From positions 1 to 64,000 of the forward strand of contig OZ287710.1 of assembly GCA_965649825.1 (NCBI GenBank): a DNA stretch of 64,000 bases, given 5' to 3'. The position numbers and the translations under genes were made by a program. The notes under the pieces are model-generated. The model worked only from the letters and a program-made list of their open reading frames with translations. It had not been told where the DNA came from and did not search any database. Of the stretch, positions 1 to 12,454 are shown one piece after another; the stretch's first letter is position 1; each line of letters opens with the position of its first letter. The stretch comes from Penicillus capitatus. Lineage: Eukaryota > Plantae > Chlorophyta.

Positions 1-977
1 CTGGATGCTTTGCAAGGTGTTTTACATACAGGATTCCTTACAGTTTGTCGGCATGTTCCGCTCTGAGTGTAACGCGCATGCGTTCTCTGCGGCTGTTCCG
101 ACGCGATTCTCCGAACGGCAAACCGCTCGAGCCAGCTCCGCGTTGCCTGCGCAGAGGAACGAGGCGAGCATTCTCTCTTGCAGAAACAGCAAGGGCTCTT
201 CGTCGAGACGGCCGTCTGTTTCGGGCGTTTCCGTCGCAAACGCCGTCGACAGGGCGATCTGCACGGTGTAACGCGAATTGGTTTGAGAAGTTGGCGTGGG
301 CCCTGACTCCCTCGAACATGGAAGGCCGAACCGAACGACGCCTTCTGCGAGGACCAGACGGCCACGGAGTCGTCGTTTCAGTTCATGCTTGCGCGTAGTG
401 TCGAGGGAGGTTTTGGAGGACGCTGTTCTCTGCGATCAACTAAGTGGATCGCGTTGTGCGTCAGCTGTGCAAGACTACTGTTCTGTCTGCGAAGCCGTCG
501 ATCAGGCAGCTTCGAGAGCAACTTGTGCGATGGCACTGTTGATCGCGGTCGGGGCCAGTTGCGATCTGATGCTATCGCCTACCTTCTTTACGGCGTATTC
601 CACTGTGCAGAGCGCACCAAAGAGGCAGATTGTCACTGGAAAGGGATGGTATGCTGCTGCATTCTCAGTGGAGTCGTCCATACCGTTCTGTTCCAGTGTC
701 CTGCGAGTACTGATGCTGTGGTGGCTGTGACGGAGAATCTGTTTTCTGATCGGAGACCACTCGTCGAAGATCTCTGCAATGAAAGATGAACAACTACCGC
801 CGAGTTTTCAGCGCGCGGGGCGTTCTAGGACGATGTCGTCAGTGCTGGCAATGCTCTCCTGCGCGGTAAGTGCATCGTGGAATGCATGAACGACACTAAT
901 GTCACGCCTACTCTTGGCTCTGATGACGGTGAACATGGCAGGACGCACAGGGACATGACCATCTGCCGTCTGAAATT

Positions 978-2080
978 ATGGACGCACCTCAGACAGTGAA
1001 TACCTGTCGCTTATTGGTTCATCGACGACGAATGGTTACTGCACACTTTTTGCGCAATCGCAAGGTGACACGATCTCTCTCTCCCGAACGGCTCGTGACG
1101 GGATGATCTGCGCGGGGAGTTAGGGATCTTCGCGGAAGATGAAGAGGAAACCTTGCGAACTGCGACTGCAACGTAATACGAAGGAGGTGGATCTGTTGCT
1201 CAGAGCAACTGTCAAATTGGATATCCGCTACGATCGGCATCTGGAGTTTTTGGAACAGCTGTGCGAAATGAGATCGTTGCTGTACCCACTTGGTTTGCAG
1301 AGGGACTCTGTATCTCAACGCCCGTCACCACAGTGCTTCTGCTGGAGTCATCTGCAACTGCGCAACTGGAATGCGGAGTCGGTGATTTTGAGTCGTTTCT
1401 AAGAAGAGAATGAGCAGCAGAAACTCTTTTATATCTTCAGATACGACCGTCTTGAGTGTTTATTTCATACCGCTGTTGCAAACGGACACTGTATGTTGAG
1501 CAAAGAACTCGCATCACAGATCGGTGCATCGTATTGTTCCAGAATCTTTGTCGCGAAGGCGTTGCCTAGAAGGATGCTCAAATCAGAGCTTGCCCATATC
1601 GCCATTCAACCAGTCTATCCAGAACTATCTCGACCTACGGAAGAGTTTTCCATCAAATAAGATTTGGCCGCAGACGAAAGCGAAGACGAGCATACCGAAA
1701 CCGGAGGTATCCGTCTGAAGAGTGTCCTTGCACCGTTGATGGATCTCGATTTCTTTACGAGGCCGACACCTCCTGCGCTGAGAGCACGACGATTGACCAG
1801 TGAAAAGGTAGAGAAGCGAGAGATGCAAGAGCATCTGGAAAGAGCTAACGTCGACCGCGCTGAACGCAGGCCTCACTTCAAGGAAAGAACAGCGGAAACG
1901 AGCGCGTGGCGAGAGAGCATGCTTCGATCGCTCGAGAACTGAGAACAAAGTGCGTCTCCGTGGCTCTCGTGTGGAGGGATCGTGAATGATATGGCGTGCT
2001 TGCCTGCTTGCATGATCAGATTCTACACGAGAAACGCAGAACGCGAGAAATGGAGATGCGAATGTGCTACAGCAGGATAG
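978..2080 (+). CDS. Hypothetical multi-exon protein, partly reconstructed
   Basis: ATG 978 (MDAPQTVNTCRLLVHRRRMVTAHFLRNRK) joins in frame via a GT-AG intron to GSSRKMKRKPCELRLQRNTKEVDLLLRATVKLD (ORF 1139-1402). 3' exons DESEDEHTE...SEK|ASLQGKNS...RTK|FYTRNAEREKWRCECATAG* splice in frame to TAG 2080. Middle exons unresolved; no family recognised. Confidence 0.4.
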
Positions 2081-2255
2081 CTCTCTATCGGTTCAGATGT
2101 CTAGGCTGCAGCAAGGTCCAGTCATCTATGCACGTCTGCAATTGATCACCTTAAGAAAGCTGTTTGCGTGAAACGCGAGTTTTAGCGCTGTTGGTCATTT
2201 CCTTGATGATACTGCTGTTGGTACTACCGACTGGGAAAAAGCTCCTTGAACTGCG

Positions 2256-3040
2256 ATGAAAAGCGCCAAGACTGTCATCCAGTTTGACGGAGAGTATCAG
2301 TCCCCAGATTTGGCAGACCACGTGTCCTCCTTCCTAAAACATCAGACCAGCTCCTGTACGGACATCGATCTGACGAATCTTCTTGCACAGAATGACATTT
2401 CAACGATCACTTTTAGATCATTTACACAAAAGTCCAATGGTTAGAAGAGATCCAGAATCAGAAGCTCCATTACGCTTTGAAACCTTGATGTGCCGACAAG
2501 ACTAAACGGGCCGAGAACCTACCATCTGCTCTGAGTAAAAACTGAGGATGCGTGTTACAGTAACTGCGCTTAACAAGTGGCCAAGGCCCTCAGTCAACCA
2601 CTCTGCCTTTTCCAGACATAGTTGAAGTTTCTACAGGGCCGATCAGAATAGAAGGAAACGGAGAGTGGAGCATTCAAGTCGACGTCGTACAGAAACTAAA
2701 GCGTCATGATACGATGCATGACCAAGCAGTTCGCAGAGAATTTGAGATTAACAAATCCGTCTTATTGTATTACTCTGTATGCAAAGCCAGGAAGAGATCA
2801 ACATTCGTCCCTATGTGGACCAAATCTCATCAGATCGTCGAACCCGTTGCAACCAACATTTGGATTGTGGAATCGAGGAACATGAAAAGATTCGCGAAGG
2901 TTCATTCTGCTGGCGCGAGACATTTGAGACCCAATTCCTTCGAGGTCATTCGTGTCTTTGAGATGAGTTAGCATTTTATGTCGTTTCAGGCTACTCAGTA
3001 AATGAGCTTTCACTTTGATACCAAATCTGATAATAACTAA
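2256..3040 (+). CDS. Hypothetical protein, exon structure unresolved
   Basis: ORF 2256-2444 plus an open frame ~2593-2971, with ~45-60 nt GT...AG intron-like segments between and after. No recognisable motif. Confidence 0.25.
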
Positions 3041-3240
3041 GAAATTCTGACGCTGAGGGGAGAATGGGTACAACCTTCAGTTACATGACAATGACTTGAC
3101 ATCTAGATATCCCTACTCTGTCCATGCTTCACAAACTGTTTACTTGCGACTGCTTGTGTTTCCTTTCGTTCGATCCTCAACAGAGCGTCATGGTTTCAGT
3201 CGTGCAGCTCTTATGTGCTGCCTGGTGCCTGTAGTGGAAG

Positions 3241-3352
3241 GGGTTTTGTCGTGACGTACGCTGTGAGGGTTTTGTGGTGACGTTAGTGTAGTTGAACCGT
3301 ATATCTAGCCTATAAATACGGCGGAATGCATGTGTGTTCGTGCATTCTGCCG
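3241..3352 (+). promoter_or_regulatory. Putative promoter of the coiled-coil gene: 17-nt direct repeat, TATA box and hairpin
   Basis: GGGTTTTGTCGTGACGT (3241-3257) and GGGTTTTGTGGTGACGT (3267-3283), 16/17 identical, each ending in TGACGT. TATAAATA at 3311-3318. Inverted repeat 3319-3330/3341-3352. ATG at 3372. Confidence 0.5.
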
Positions 3353-3371
3353 TTTTCCTTTCGGTTTCATA

Positions 3372-6300
3372 ATGGCGCGGCAAGGCGACAGAAGCTCCCG
3401 ACAAGTGCGTTTATTTCCGCCCTTCGCTCGTCGCACGTTGTTTGTGCTCAGGAGGAAGCCTACCATGAATACAACCCAGAGGAGTTCGTGCGCTATCTGC
3501 ACGACAGTCAAACGCAGACCAATACGATCAAAGCTGTGAAAAACTATTTCGATAGGTACGTCGATAGGCTTCCTCTGAACTCGTTTCCATTTTGTGTACT
3601 GTAGATGGCAAACAAATCTCCGCAGGTCCGAGGCGGATCTCCACAGTGCCGTTCAACGCAATGAGGAAGAACGACGACAACTCCGAGAAGACCGTCAGGA
3701 GTTTTTGGCTGAGTAAGTCTCGTGATGCCAAGTTTTGACGCGACGGTTCGAATGCAGGAAGCAGCGCGAACAAGCAGAACGCGAACGACAAGGAGAGGCT
3801 TTCGCAACGTGAGAAGAAACGAAAGAGGGAGTTCATGCGTTAGTTGCGTGCTTCTTAGGAGGACGGCCGAGTTGTCGAAACGCGAAGACGAACTACGACA
3901 AAGAAAGATGCACATCGAAGAGGTCGATCTGCAAAACAAGGAAAAAGCGGAGGATATCGCAGCGGGGTAATGCACCATCTCACACTCATAGTCACATCAC
4001 AGATGTGTGTGTAGTTATCAGCGTTTGAAGGAAGAACGGTTGAAGTACGAGGCTGAGTGTGACCAGTACGACTAATCCCAGACGTGCTTGACCATATATA
4101 TGCATGCGAATGTGTGATGCAGGCGCGATCGGGAGCTGGAGAATGAGACGCAGATCGTCAAGACAGCTCGTGTTGAGCTTGACAGAGAAAGGAATCTTCA
4201 TGCTCAAGACCTGCATGCTTTCCAAGCGGAGTACGTGTATTTATGACGATCTCACTCTTTATGATGCTCTTTTAACAGGAAGCGAGAGTTTGCTGTCACA
4301 CAGAAGTCTTGGCATGAGCAGAAAGAGAAGTGAGAGATGACTAGACCGAATTGATGCTGAAAGGATGTGTGACTGCAGCACGGATCGATTGCTTGCTATG
4401 CGCGAAGAAGAGATTAAACAACGCCTCCTTGTCGTGGATCAACGTGACCAGGAGTGCCATGAACGCGCTCAGCGGGTTGAAGAACGGTAACGATATTCTG
4501 TGTAAAAACAGAAGAGTAAGATTTGTTATCTCTGTCGATCAGTTTTCAAAAGATTCAAAGCGATCAGAAGGATTTCGAGGAGGACTTTGCGGCGTAAGTA
4601 CTAAATCATCATGAATGTGACATCCGTCATCGATTGATTGTGTAAAGGCGCGAGGAAGGACTGAAGAGGCGAGAAGAGCTCTTCCAGAAGGAGGTAGCAG
4701 AAAGAGAAGGCGAGATGCAAACCACAAAGGAGCTGTCGATTAAAAACGCCAAACGGGAAATCGAGCTCCAGAAACAGAAAGCAGACTTTGAACATCAGGA
4801 ACGAACGTAAGCCCGGTGTCTCCTGTCACGATCATTTCATTCGGAAACGCATGTCAGACGGACAGAAGAACTTGCCGAGTGGGAAGAGAAGCTCATGACA
4901 ATGCAGTACGAGGTGTCTCAACGAGAAGACGGTGTGAAAGAGAGAGAAGTTGAGTACGAACGCAAGTAAGACAATCATCTCGCAGGAAGACCGGAGATTA
5001 AGATTGTGCAACAGGGCGTCTAAGTTGCAACAGGAGAGAGATGCATTGCTCGAAGAGCGCAATACATTTCAAGACGAATGCAACGAGAAGATGCGGATGC
5101 TCAATATAAAGGAGCAGAAACTCGAGGAACGTGCGACTCTGCTCGATCAGAATGCGGCAGAACTCAGAGACAATATGGTCGCCATGGACGCAAGAGAGCA
5201 ACAGATTCAGCAACGAGAGACAGCAGTGGTTCAAGTCGAGCAGAGTCGCGAGGAAGAGCGCACAATGCTCGAGAATGCCAAAGCCAATATCGAAGCCCGC
5301 GAGCACAATCTGACGCAGTCGATGCACGATCTGGAGACCGAGAGAGAACGGTAATCGCAGAGGGCATTCGTGGATGTATATGATGTGACGCGTTATGTGC
5401 CATGACAGTGTGCGTGTGTTGGCCGCGGAGACAGAGAGCGAGAAGATCCGCCTGACAGAATGGTCCGAATTTCTGCAACAGCGTTCATCTTCGCTGGATG
5501 AAAAGCAGAAAGTGGTTATGGAGAAGTAAGCGCTGCCATGTGGCTGACCCAATGTAAAGCGTTGTTCTTAGGGAGGAGTTCCTCGTGGAACGTGACCGTG
5601 AGATGGATGTTCGCGAGGAGAATCTGCGAAGCGCAGAAGTTCCGTTCGCGCAGAAGAAAAAGGAATTGGAAAAGCGCGACGAGTTTCTGAGTGAACGCGA
5701 AGAAGATATTTACACGCGAGAGGCAAACTTCTTACAGCGCATGGAGAACGGTGATCAAGAATTGGCAGAAATGAAGAAACAGGCCGAGGCTGATCTCAAA
5801 GAGGCTGCTCGTGTGAGAGAAGAAAGCGAACGAGAGTGAGCATGAATCTTATCGCCAGACGACATTGCATGAAACGTGTGACCTGCAGAAAGGACGAAAC
5901 GCAACGGAAGAGTCAGGTCACCGGGGAAGAACTCAGCCAGTATGTTCCAGTCACATCATTCTTCGATCTAAGATTGTATGTATGTACAGACGCGAGCATG
6001 ATGTGGAGTTCCGAGAAAAGCAGCTGAAAGAGCAAGAAGACGACTTGGCTGTACGGGAAGAACGCTGGAAACAATTCCAGCACTTGATGGATACCGAGCT
6101 TCATCAGACCATCCAATACCGTCGATCAAGTCGCATCGCGGGGGAACAACAGACGAGGCAGGAGCAGTCAACCGTAGCACCTGCAGGATCGGATTTCCAT
6201 GAGGTGGATGACGCAGAAGAGGTCGATCTGCATCACGAGGCGCACCATCAGACTGTCGATCAAGTCCCTCCTCCTAAAAACAGCATTGCGGCTGCCGTGA

Positions 6301-6688
6301 TGCGCAAGAGAAGAATCGGCATGGCTTCACTATCAGAAGATGCTGCTGTCGTTGTTGAAGTGCCTGAAGGGCAGACATCTGACCACCCTGTCCACACTGC
6401 CAAGAAAAGTGTGAAGACGATCGTCTCGTCGACGCGCACCACACAGAAGAAAGCGTTCCATGGATCATCACAGAAGAGGACACAAGAGGAATCTGATTCC
6501 GGAACACCAAAGAAGGTAACCGCGAGGAGGGATCTTCTGATATGACGTTTTCCCCTTTGTACGTTTAGCAAAGAAGATCGGATGCATTACGTGAAGGAGA
6601 AACTGGCGCCGGATGGAACCAGAGACTCCGTCGTCCATCAGTGAGCGGCGAATCAAGCAGCCACAGGACGCAAGACAAGAATGCCTAG
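3372..6688 (+). CDS. Long coiled-coil protein (~817 aa, 18 exons): short head, E/R/K/Q-rich rod, low-complexity basic tail
   Basis: All 17 GT-AG introns remove in frame. Exons: 3372-3404, 3452-3555, 3605-3712, 3758-3808, 3859-3966, 4015-4065, 4123-4230, 4279-4329, 4379-4486, 4543-4593, 4648-4806, 4858-4965, 5015-5350, 5409-5525, 5572-5835, 5889-5939, 5990-6515, 6569-6688 (2454 nt, ends TAG). Confidence 0.8.
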
Positions 6689-7179
6689 TGTTGCAAGAAT
6701 CGCGTGCATGTTGTAGATGCACGTGATACTCTTAATTAAAGAAACAGAACTGTGGGATGAACTATTAGATGAATGATCATTTTAAAAGTGTTTTGGCAAC
6801 TGCGGTATCTGTTATTGTAAATCCGCACGAAATAGAGTACCTGTCTCGTGAAGCGTTACATGAGACGATGTCTGCGCGACGTTTCAAAAGGCTCTCGAAT
6901 TGGCCTATCCCAATTCGTCATCTTTGGTGTAGCATCGAGTGTGGTCATCGTCCCAATGGGACCCACAGATACCTTGTCTAATCACATGTCGTGTTTCAAG
7001 CAGCATGCATGGCCTTCTTCATCTAGACGTCGCGTCAGATACGGATGATCTTTTGCTCGCTCCTTTTGGTGGACAAACATTGATGTGACGGATAGCATTC
7101 TCCTTTGCTGTTGCTACTGAAATTTCTCACCGTTTTGAAACGCATGGCTGACATTGTGAATGTTAGAATGTGCATGGGT

Positions 7180-7184
7180 TTACA
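7180..7184 (-). terminator. TGTAA (UGUAA) polyadenylation signal after RPT4
   Basis: TGTAA lies a few nt downstream of the RPT4 TAA. The same motif follows NOG1-like (59052-59056) and Derlin (57367-57371). UGUAA is the known chlorophyte poly(A) signal. Confidence 0.5.
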
Positions 7185-7190
7185 TTTTAG

Positions 7191-8384
7191 TTATTTCTTT
7201 CCGCCGTCTCCCCAAGAGGTATCGTAAGTGATAGTGGATTCCAGTTTTTTCGTGTCGTTCAGTTTGCGAACGGCCTTCATGAAATCCTCATGCACAGCAT
7301 AGTCTCGTTCATCTCGGATGGCATACATGCCAGCTTCGGTGCAGACATTACGTAGATCAGCTCCGTTAAAATTCTCGGCCAGCTTCACGACAGCTTCGTA
7401 ATCGATGTCCCCGTGTTTGCTCAGCGGCGCAGCATGGATCTTCAGAATCTCCATTCTGGCCTGTTCATTGGGCAACGGTATCTCGATTTTGCGATCCAGT
7501 CGTCCAGGACGCATCAGTGCAGGGTCCAATACATCGGGTCGATTGGTGGCCATGATCATCTTCACTTTACCCATCTTCTCAAATCCATCCAACTGACTCA
7601 GCAACTCCATCAACGTTCTCTGAATCTCACGATCCGCCGATGTCCCTTCGCTAAAACGCCGTCCGCCGATCGCATCGATCTCATCCATGAAGATGATGCA
7701 CGGTTCATGCTCTCGTGCATACTCAAACATCTCGCGTATAATTCTGGCACTCTCGCCAATGTACTTGTCCACGATGGCACTGGAAACGACTTTGAGGAAA
7801 TTCGCATCGATGTTGCTTGCGATAGCTCTGGCCAACAAGGTCTTGCCTGTTCCGGGCGGACCGTACAGCAAGACGCCTTTTGGCGGATTGATTCCGACAC
7901 GGAGAAAGAGCTCAGGATTCAGCAAAGGCAATTCCACGCTCTCCCTCAATTCCCGAATCTGATCGGAGAGGCCACCGATGGATGAGTAATCGACGTGACC
8001 CGGGTCTTCCGTCAACATGTTGAAGACGACGGGATCGACTTCGCGTGGGAGACAACGCATGATGGTGAGTGTCGTCATATCGAGAGCCACACGGGCACCA
8101 GATACGAGCTTCAGTTTGTCAAGCTTGCTGCGGACACCGACAACATAACGTGGTCCCGAACTGGCCTTAACGATGTAGCGTTCTTCGTCGAGTTGACGTA
8201 GTACTTCGCCAATAATCTGACCCACACTCTGTAGCGCCTTGAGCTCATCTTCGGATTTATCAAACTCGCGCTGGAGGTCGCGAATCTCGAGGCGCTGTTT
8301 GCGAACGCGCGTGTCGATCTCTTTGTGCTTGACAAGACGCTGACGATACTCAACCAGTGCTTGCTGTTTCTCGTTGTCGTCCAT
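7191..8384 (-). CDS. RPT4: 26S proteasome AAA-ATPase subunit Rpt4 (intronless)
   Basis: MDDNEKQQ start (ATG 8384). [35 protein letters not shown], Walker A GPPGTGKT, Walker [32 protein letters not shown]. Confidence 0.97.
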   Translation of the reverse strand: MDDNEKQQALVEYRQRLVKHKEIDTRVRKQRLEIRDLQREFDKSEDELKALQSVGQIIGEVLRQLDEERYIVKASSGPRYVVGVRSKLDKLKLVSGARVALDMTTLTIMRCLPREVDPVVFNMLTEDPGHVDYSSIGGLSDQIRELRESVELPLLNPELFLRVGINPPKGVLLYGPPGTGKTLLARAIASNIDANFLKVVSSAIVDKYIGESARIIREMFEYAREHEPCIIFMDEIDAIGGRRFSEGTSADREIQRTLMELLSQLDGFEKMGKVKMIMATNRPDVLDPALMRPGRLDRKIEIPLPNEQARMEILKIHAAPLSKHGDIDYEAVVKLAENFNGADLRNVCTEAGMYAIRDERDYAVHEDFMKAVRKLNDTKKLESTITYDTSWGDGGKK

Positions 8385-8512
8385 GACGCTTTGGATTCGA
8401 TGTACGACAACTGGAGGCAAAATGCGACCCTCAATGTGCGTGACGAGGGTTTTGAACACAGAAAAGATCTCTCAAAAGCAAAAGTGTTTGTGGAGATGAA
8501 GAGGGTATGCGT

Positions 8513-10699
8513 TCAACCGGAAGTGGATGAGAGAACAGGACTGACGGTCGTCTCCTCTTCAGATGTATGCTCTCTGCGACTGACCCGCATCATTAGGCCA
8601 TTTTTGGTGTGGATCGTCGCTCCTGTCTCCATTTGGACACTCTCGGGTGGCCCTGCTAATTCAAAACTAAACAGAAACAGCAAAGCGTAGATGAACACAG
8701 AGTTGCAGATGGTCTGCATGATATGCGTACTTGAATCTTCGGATGAGCATGGCGAGACAGACAGATGCCTCAAGGAAGGCAAACTGATCGCCGACGCATT
8801 TTCGTCCGCCTCCTCCGAAAGGTAGAAAGGCAAAATCCGATGCCTGTTCATCGGGATACAGTGAAAAACCGGAGAGATTCGGCTTATATCCTGCCCATTT
8901 CTGATCTGCACTCTTGGCAAGAAACGGTTCCCGAAATCGATCGGGGTTGAAGACCTCGGGATCTTTCCACAGATACGGAGATCGATGCAGATTCCACGTG
9001 GAGATGATAAGGTCCGCCCCAGGACCGATGGGGAATCCCTCTTCTGGACCATTGAGCCCACCAGGGAGTGTGTCTGCATCGATGGCCCTTCTGAGCAGCA
9101 CAGGTGGCTGAGGATAGAGTCGGAGCGCTTCGGCCAAAACCAATCTCAGATTCTCCATTTTCCCTATGGACTCCATGGTGGGTACATCGTCCTGGACGAC
9201 GCTATCCACTTCTTTGGAGAGGATTTGCATCCACGTACGATTCAGACCTAATAAATACAGAGCCCAGGTCAACACAGCTGCCGTCGTCTCATGACCAGCT
9301 ATCAGAAACGTCATTAAATCGTCCTTCAGTTGAAGATTTGAGTGATCTTCCCCACGCATCTCGATCAGAAATCGAAGGAGGGAAGGATCTGCCACCTGAT
9401 GTAGTTATGGAAATGGTAGTCTGTCCTAGGAGACAGATATGCAGCATACCTTGGAATAGTCCCTGTTCTGAAGCGCCTCTAAATCGTCTTCCTGAGCGGC
9501 CGCTTTGGCCGTGTCAATGAGGTAATCCAGATTGCCTTTTAGCATGTCGATCTGGGAATGGAAGCGGCGCAGTCGAGGGACGACATATCCTGCCCCTGGG
9601 ATATTCCAGTATGGAAAATAGAAAAGCGATCGATGTTCTGCCTCCTGCAGAACGGCGTAGACAGCCTACAAACATTTCGGACTGTACTCATGATCGATGC
9701 CATTTACCAGGAGACCTTGATCACAGGCGACTCTTTCGAAATGCTTCCAAAATCGAAATTGAAGACACCCAGTCCGATAATATCCAAAGCAAGGTTTAGA
9801 AACTCGTCCTCCATGTTCAGGACGACGGAATGACCCGGACTCGAATCGAGTAAGGTATTGAATTTGCGAGTGGTCTCCAGAGTGCAGCGACCGAACATGG
9901 CAGTCATCGTCCGAAGGTATTGATTGTGAAAAGCAGGAGTGATCACTCGACGACGGACCTTCCATGTTTCGATGTCAGCTGGTATCAATCCCTTTCCCAT
10001 AATGGGCTCCAGAATCTCAGCCAGAAGTCCCTTATTGTAGTTAAGCATGTTCTCCTAATAAGACGCTCGCTGCACACCTCTGTCTTCGTCCATTCGATGA
10101 CCCACCTTGAGAATGTATTTGGCCACAGTGGGATCAGAAATAATGAGAAAAGCCTTAGGACCAAACTCCAACTTCCATACGCCGCCAAGCTTGACAAACC
10201 TGCCAAATTTATGAGAAACGCAGTCATATGCAGCGCAACTGGGCTATGGTTATACCGACCAGTCCTGGAGAAAGAGGAAGAGCGGACGGCCCGATGTCAA
10301 ATCCGACATCTTGCCATCGCAAACAGGCACACTGGGACCACCGAGTTCTGGCTGAAAATAACCTCGACTGATCCGAGAGAGTGCGACAGAGAAGCCGTGT
10401 TTAAAATCCCCTTGCCCCACGGCGAAGGCATAAAGACAGAGGATCAGTCCTGGCGTCAGGAACAGACCCACACCCACTGCCAGCGATGTAAGGGCGTTGT
10501 GACAGACAAGATCGTCTCCACGCAGTCCTACGTCTCTGTCTTGAAGAGATGGGTGTATCGGGTCGCCGCGCAAACGTCTTCGCTGTCGAAAAGACTTCGG
10601 GATCGCGTTCCAGGAGACGGGACGGTGAGAACGCGATATCGGTGAATAGCCCAATGCATAGGGAGTGGGTGAACATCGCGATGAAGCGTGGCAGCGCAT
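8513..10699 (-). CDS. CYP97B: Plastid cytochrome P450 CYP97B (carotenoid hydroxylase family), 5 exons
   Basis: Spliced [55 protein letters not shown]-helix [25 protein letters not shown], heme motif [18 protein letters not shown]-terminal [10 protein letters not shown]. Start is ATG 10699 or in-frame ATG 10765. Confidence 0.93.
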
Positions 10700-10761
10700 C
10701 TCGATCGCAGAATCGCCACGTTCGCGTAATGGCGATGGAGATGCATAACACTTTGATGTTG

Positions 10762-12200
10762 TCATTCACGATTTCTTGCCATCAGCACTTCCATGAACGC
10801 ATTCATGTTCAAGGTCCCTTCTTTGTTGGAGAAGAGGTAGAAAACAATGTCCACGATTTCGGGGCAGAGCTGGACGCCTGTCAACTTGTGCAGCACTTTT
10901 CTGAAACTCTCCGGAGAGATGGATCCGTGAACATCTTGCATAAAACTCAGTCCCGTTCGCATGGCAGAAATCTTGTCCAGAATCGAATAGAACGCCAAGA
11001 AATCGTCCATTTCGATGATGTAGTTGGAGAGGACGTCGTCCATAACAGCCACCTGTTCAGAAATGATCATCCAGGCACTGTAATCGGTGCTGTACTTTGT
11101 TAAGGTGCTGCGAGACCGTTGAGAGTTTAGCCGCCGAGCAGAGGCTTCGGGCAAAGTCGCGGCCACCGATGCCATTCTTGTTAGCATAGTCATAATGACT
11201 GAACTCCAACATCAGCAACTTCTGATGAAGATCGACGAGAAAGGCCTTGAATTCTGGCAGCTTCAGCTTCTCTGTCCCATCCTTCCCAAAGAACTTCAAC
11301 AACATGCCCGTTTCTTGATCCCTTAACCATTACTCAACAGACAGCTTCGCGATGGACTGCGTGCTCTACTTTTCTCCGGCATTGAGCCCCGTTCGCATAC
11401 CACCTCGACTGAGATTTGTCTGGCGGCTTCTTTGCTTAATGAGATTCAGTATTGCCTCGAATTCCTCCCTATCAATCACACCTGAGCTGCACATGACAGC
11501 CGTCTAGACCTGCTTATGCGAACGAACCATTGTCATCGATGTCGACGATGTCAAAGATGATCTGAAGGTGTTTGAGGGGAAGACTGAGAATGGTCAGAAC
11601 AGTCAAGTATTCGTAGAACGAGATGAGATCGTCTCCATCCATATCAAACACTTTGAAGAATGTTATGTGTTCAACAACGGGCACTTTTTCTCCCAATAAC
11701 GCTCCGCTTCGTTCCATGGGCGATCCCTCGGGAGGATAGACCGGAACGAGTGCTCTTAGCAAATCCACTGCTGTCATGTAATGCACGTCGTCGATCTTGA
11801 TGGAAGAGAAATACGCAAAGACTTTCTCTGGAGGACTGAACGAACGAATTCTCTTCTCGTAGGCAAAGAAGAGTTTTTTGCGCATCTCCAGACTGAGGAA
11901 TGAAAAGTTCTGCAACCAGCCAAAGATACGACTGCGCTCGTCTTCTTCTTTCAGTGGAGCGATTTCTGACTGGGCACTGTGGCCAAGTACCCAAGCGGCA
12001 GCCGTCGTTGCTCCCATTCCGAAGAGCCATCCATTCCATCCTTCGGTTCGACTCGACCTTCCAGAAGGAGCGTTAACCGGTCGCGTTTCGTAGGACCCCG
12101 ATGCAAGCAGACTCTGCAGTCCAGTGCAAAGCTGTCTCGTTGACAGACAACGCCATGCGCGCCTAAGAGACATCATGTCTGTTGCGATGCGTCGCATCAT
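10762..12200 (-). CDS. MICU: Mitochondrial calcium uptake protein (MICU-like, EF-hand), 4 exons
   Basis: Arg-rich presequence; FFAYEKRIRSFSPPEKVFAYFSS; EF hands DMDGDDLISFYEY and DIDDNG|VIDREEF; LLKFFGKDG, LEFSHYD, VDIVFYLFSNKEGTLNMNAF. Confidence 0.9.
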
Positions 12201-12454
12201 TATCGCGTGCCTGTCGATCTTTTAGACATCCATTACGCAATACCGTGTCGTACGTACATTTCAGGCGCGTGTCCCGGATGGGACGCCATTCTTCTGTGTG
12301 TTACGTCCTATGTTTTCCACTCAACCCATCTCCAAAAGCGTTACCTTTACTCGAGTTGTGAAAAGAGAGCCAAAACCGACGATGAAACAAACGCAGTCGG
12401 CGTTAATGATTCGAGGTGCGGTTGGCACTGAGGCGAATCCGTCCTCAGAGACAT

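Noticed and set aside
1-900. Several overlapping ORFs on both strands at the window start
   Set aside because: I could not assemble a consistent spliced frame or recognise a family. It is probably part of a gene, but strand and structure are unsupported.
3405-6568. Introns as Introner-type transposable elements
   Set aside because: Introns have similar lengths but I saw no shared sequence, terminal inverted repeats or consistent target-site duplications.
6700-7170. Possible snoRNA or small ORF between the coiled-coil gene and RPT4
   Set aside because: No convincing C/D or H/ACA box pair with terminal stem; consistent with two convergent 3' UTRs.
7413-7985. Long plus-strand ORFs opposite real genes (also 9920-10645, 15964-16566, 21292-21828, 23111-23569, 51237-51941 minus)
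   Set aside because: Antisense shadows of conserved coding exons, with no motif of their own.
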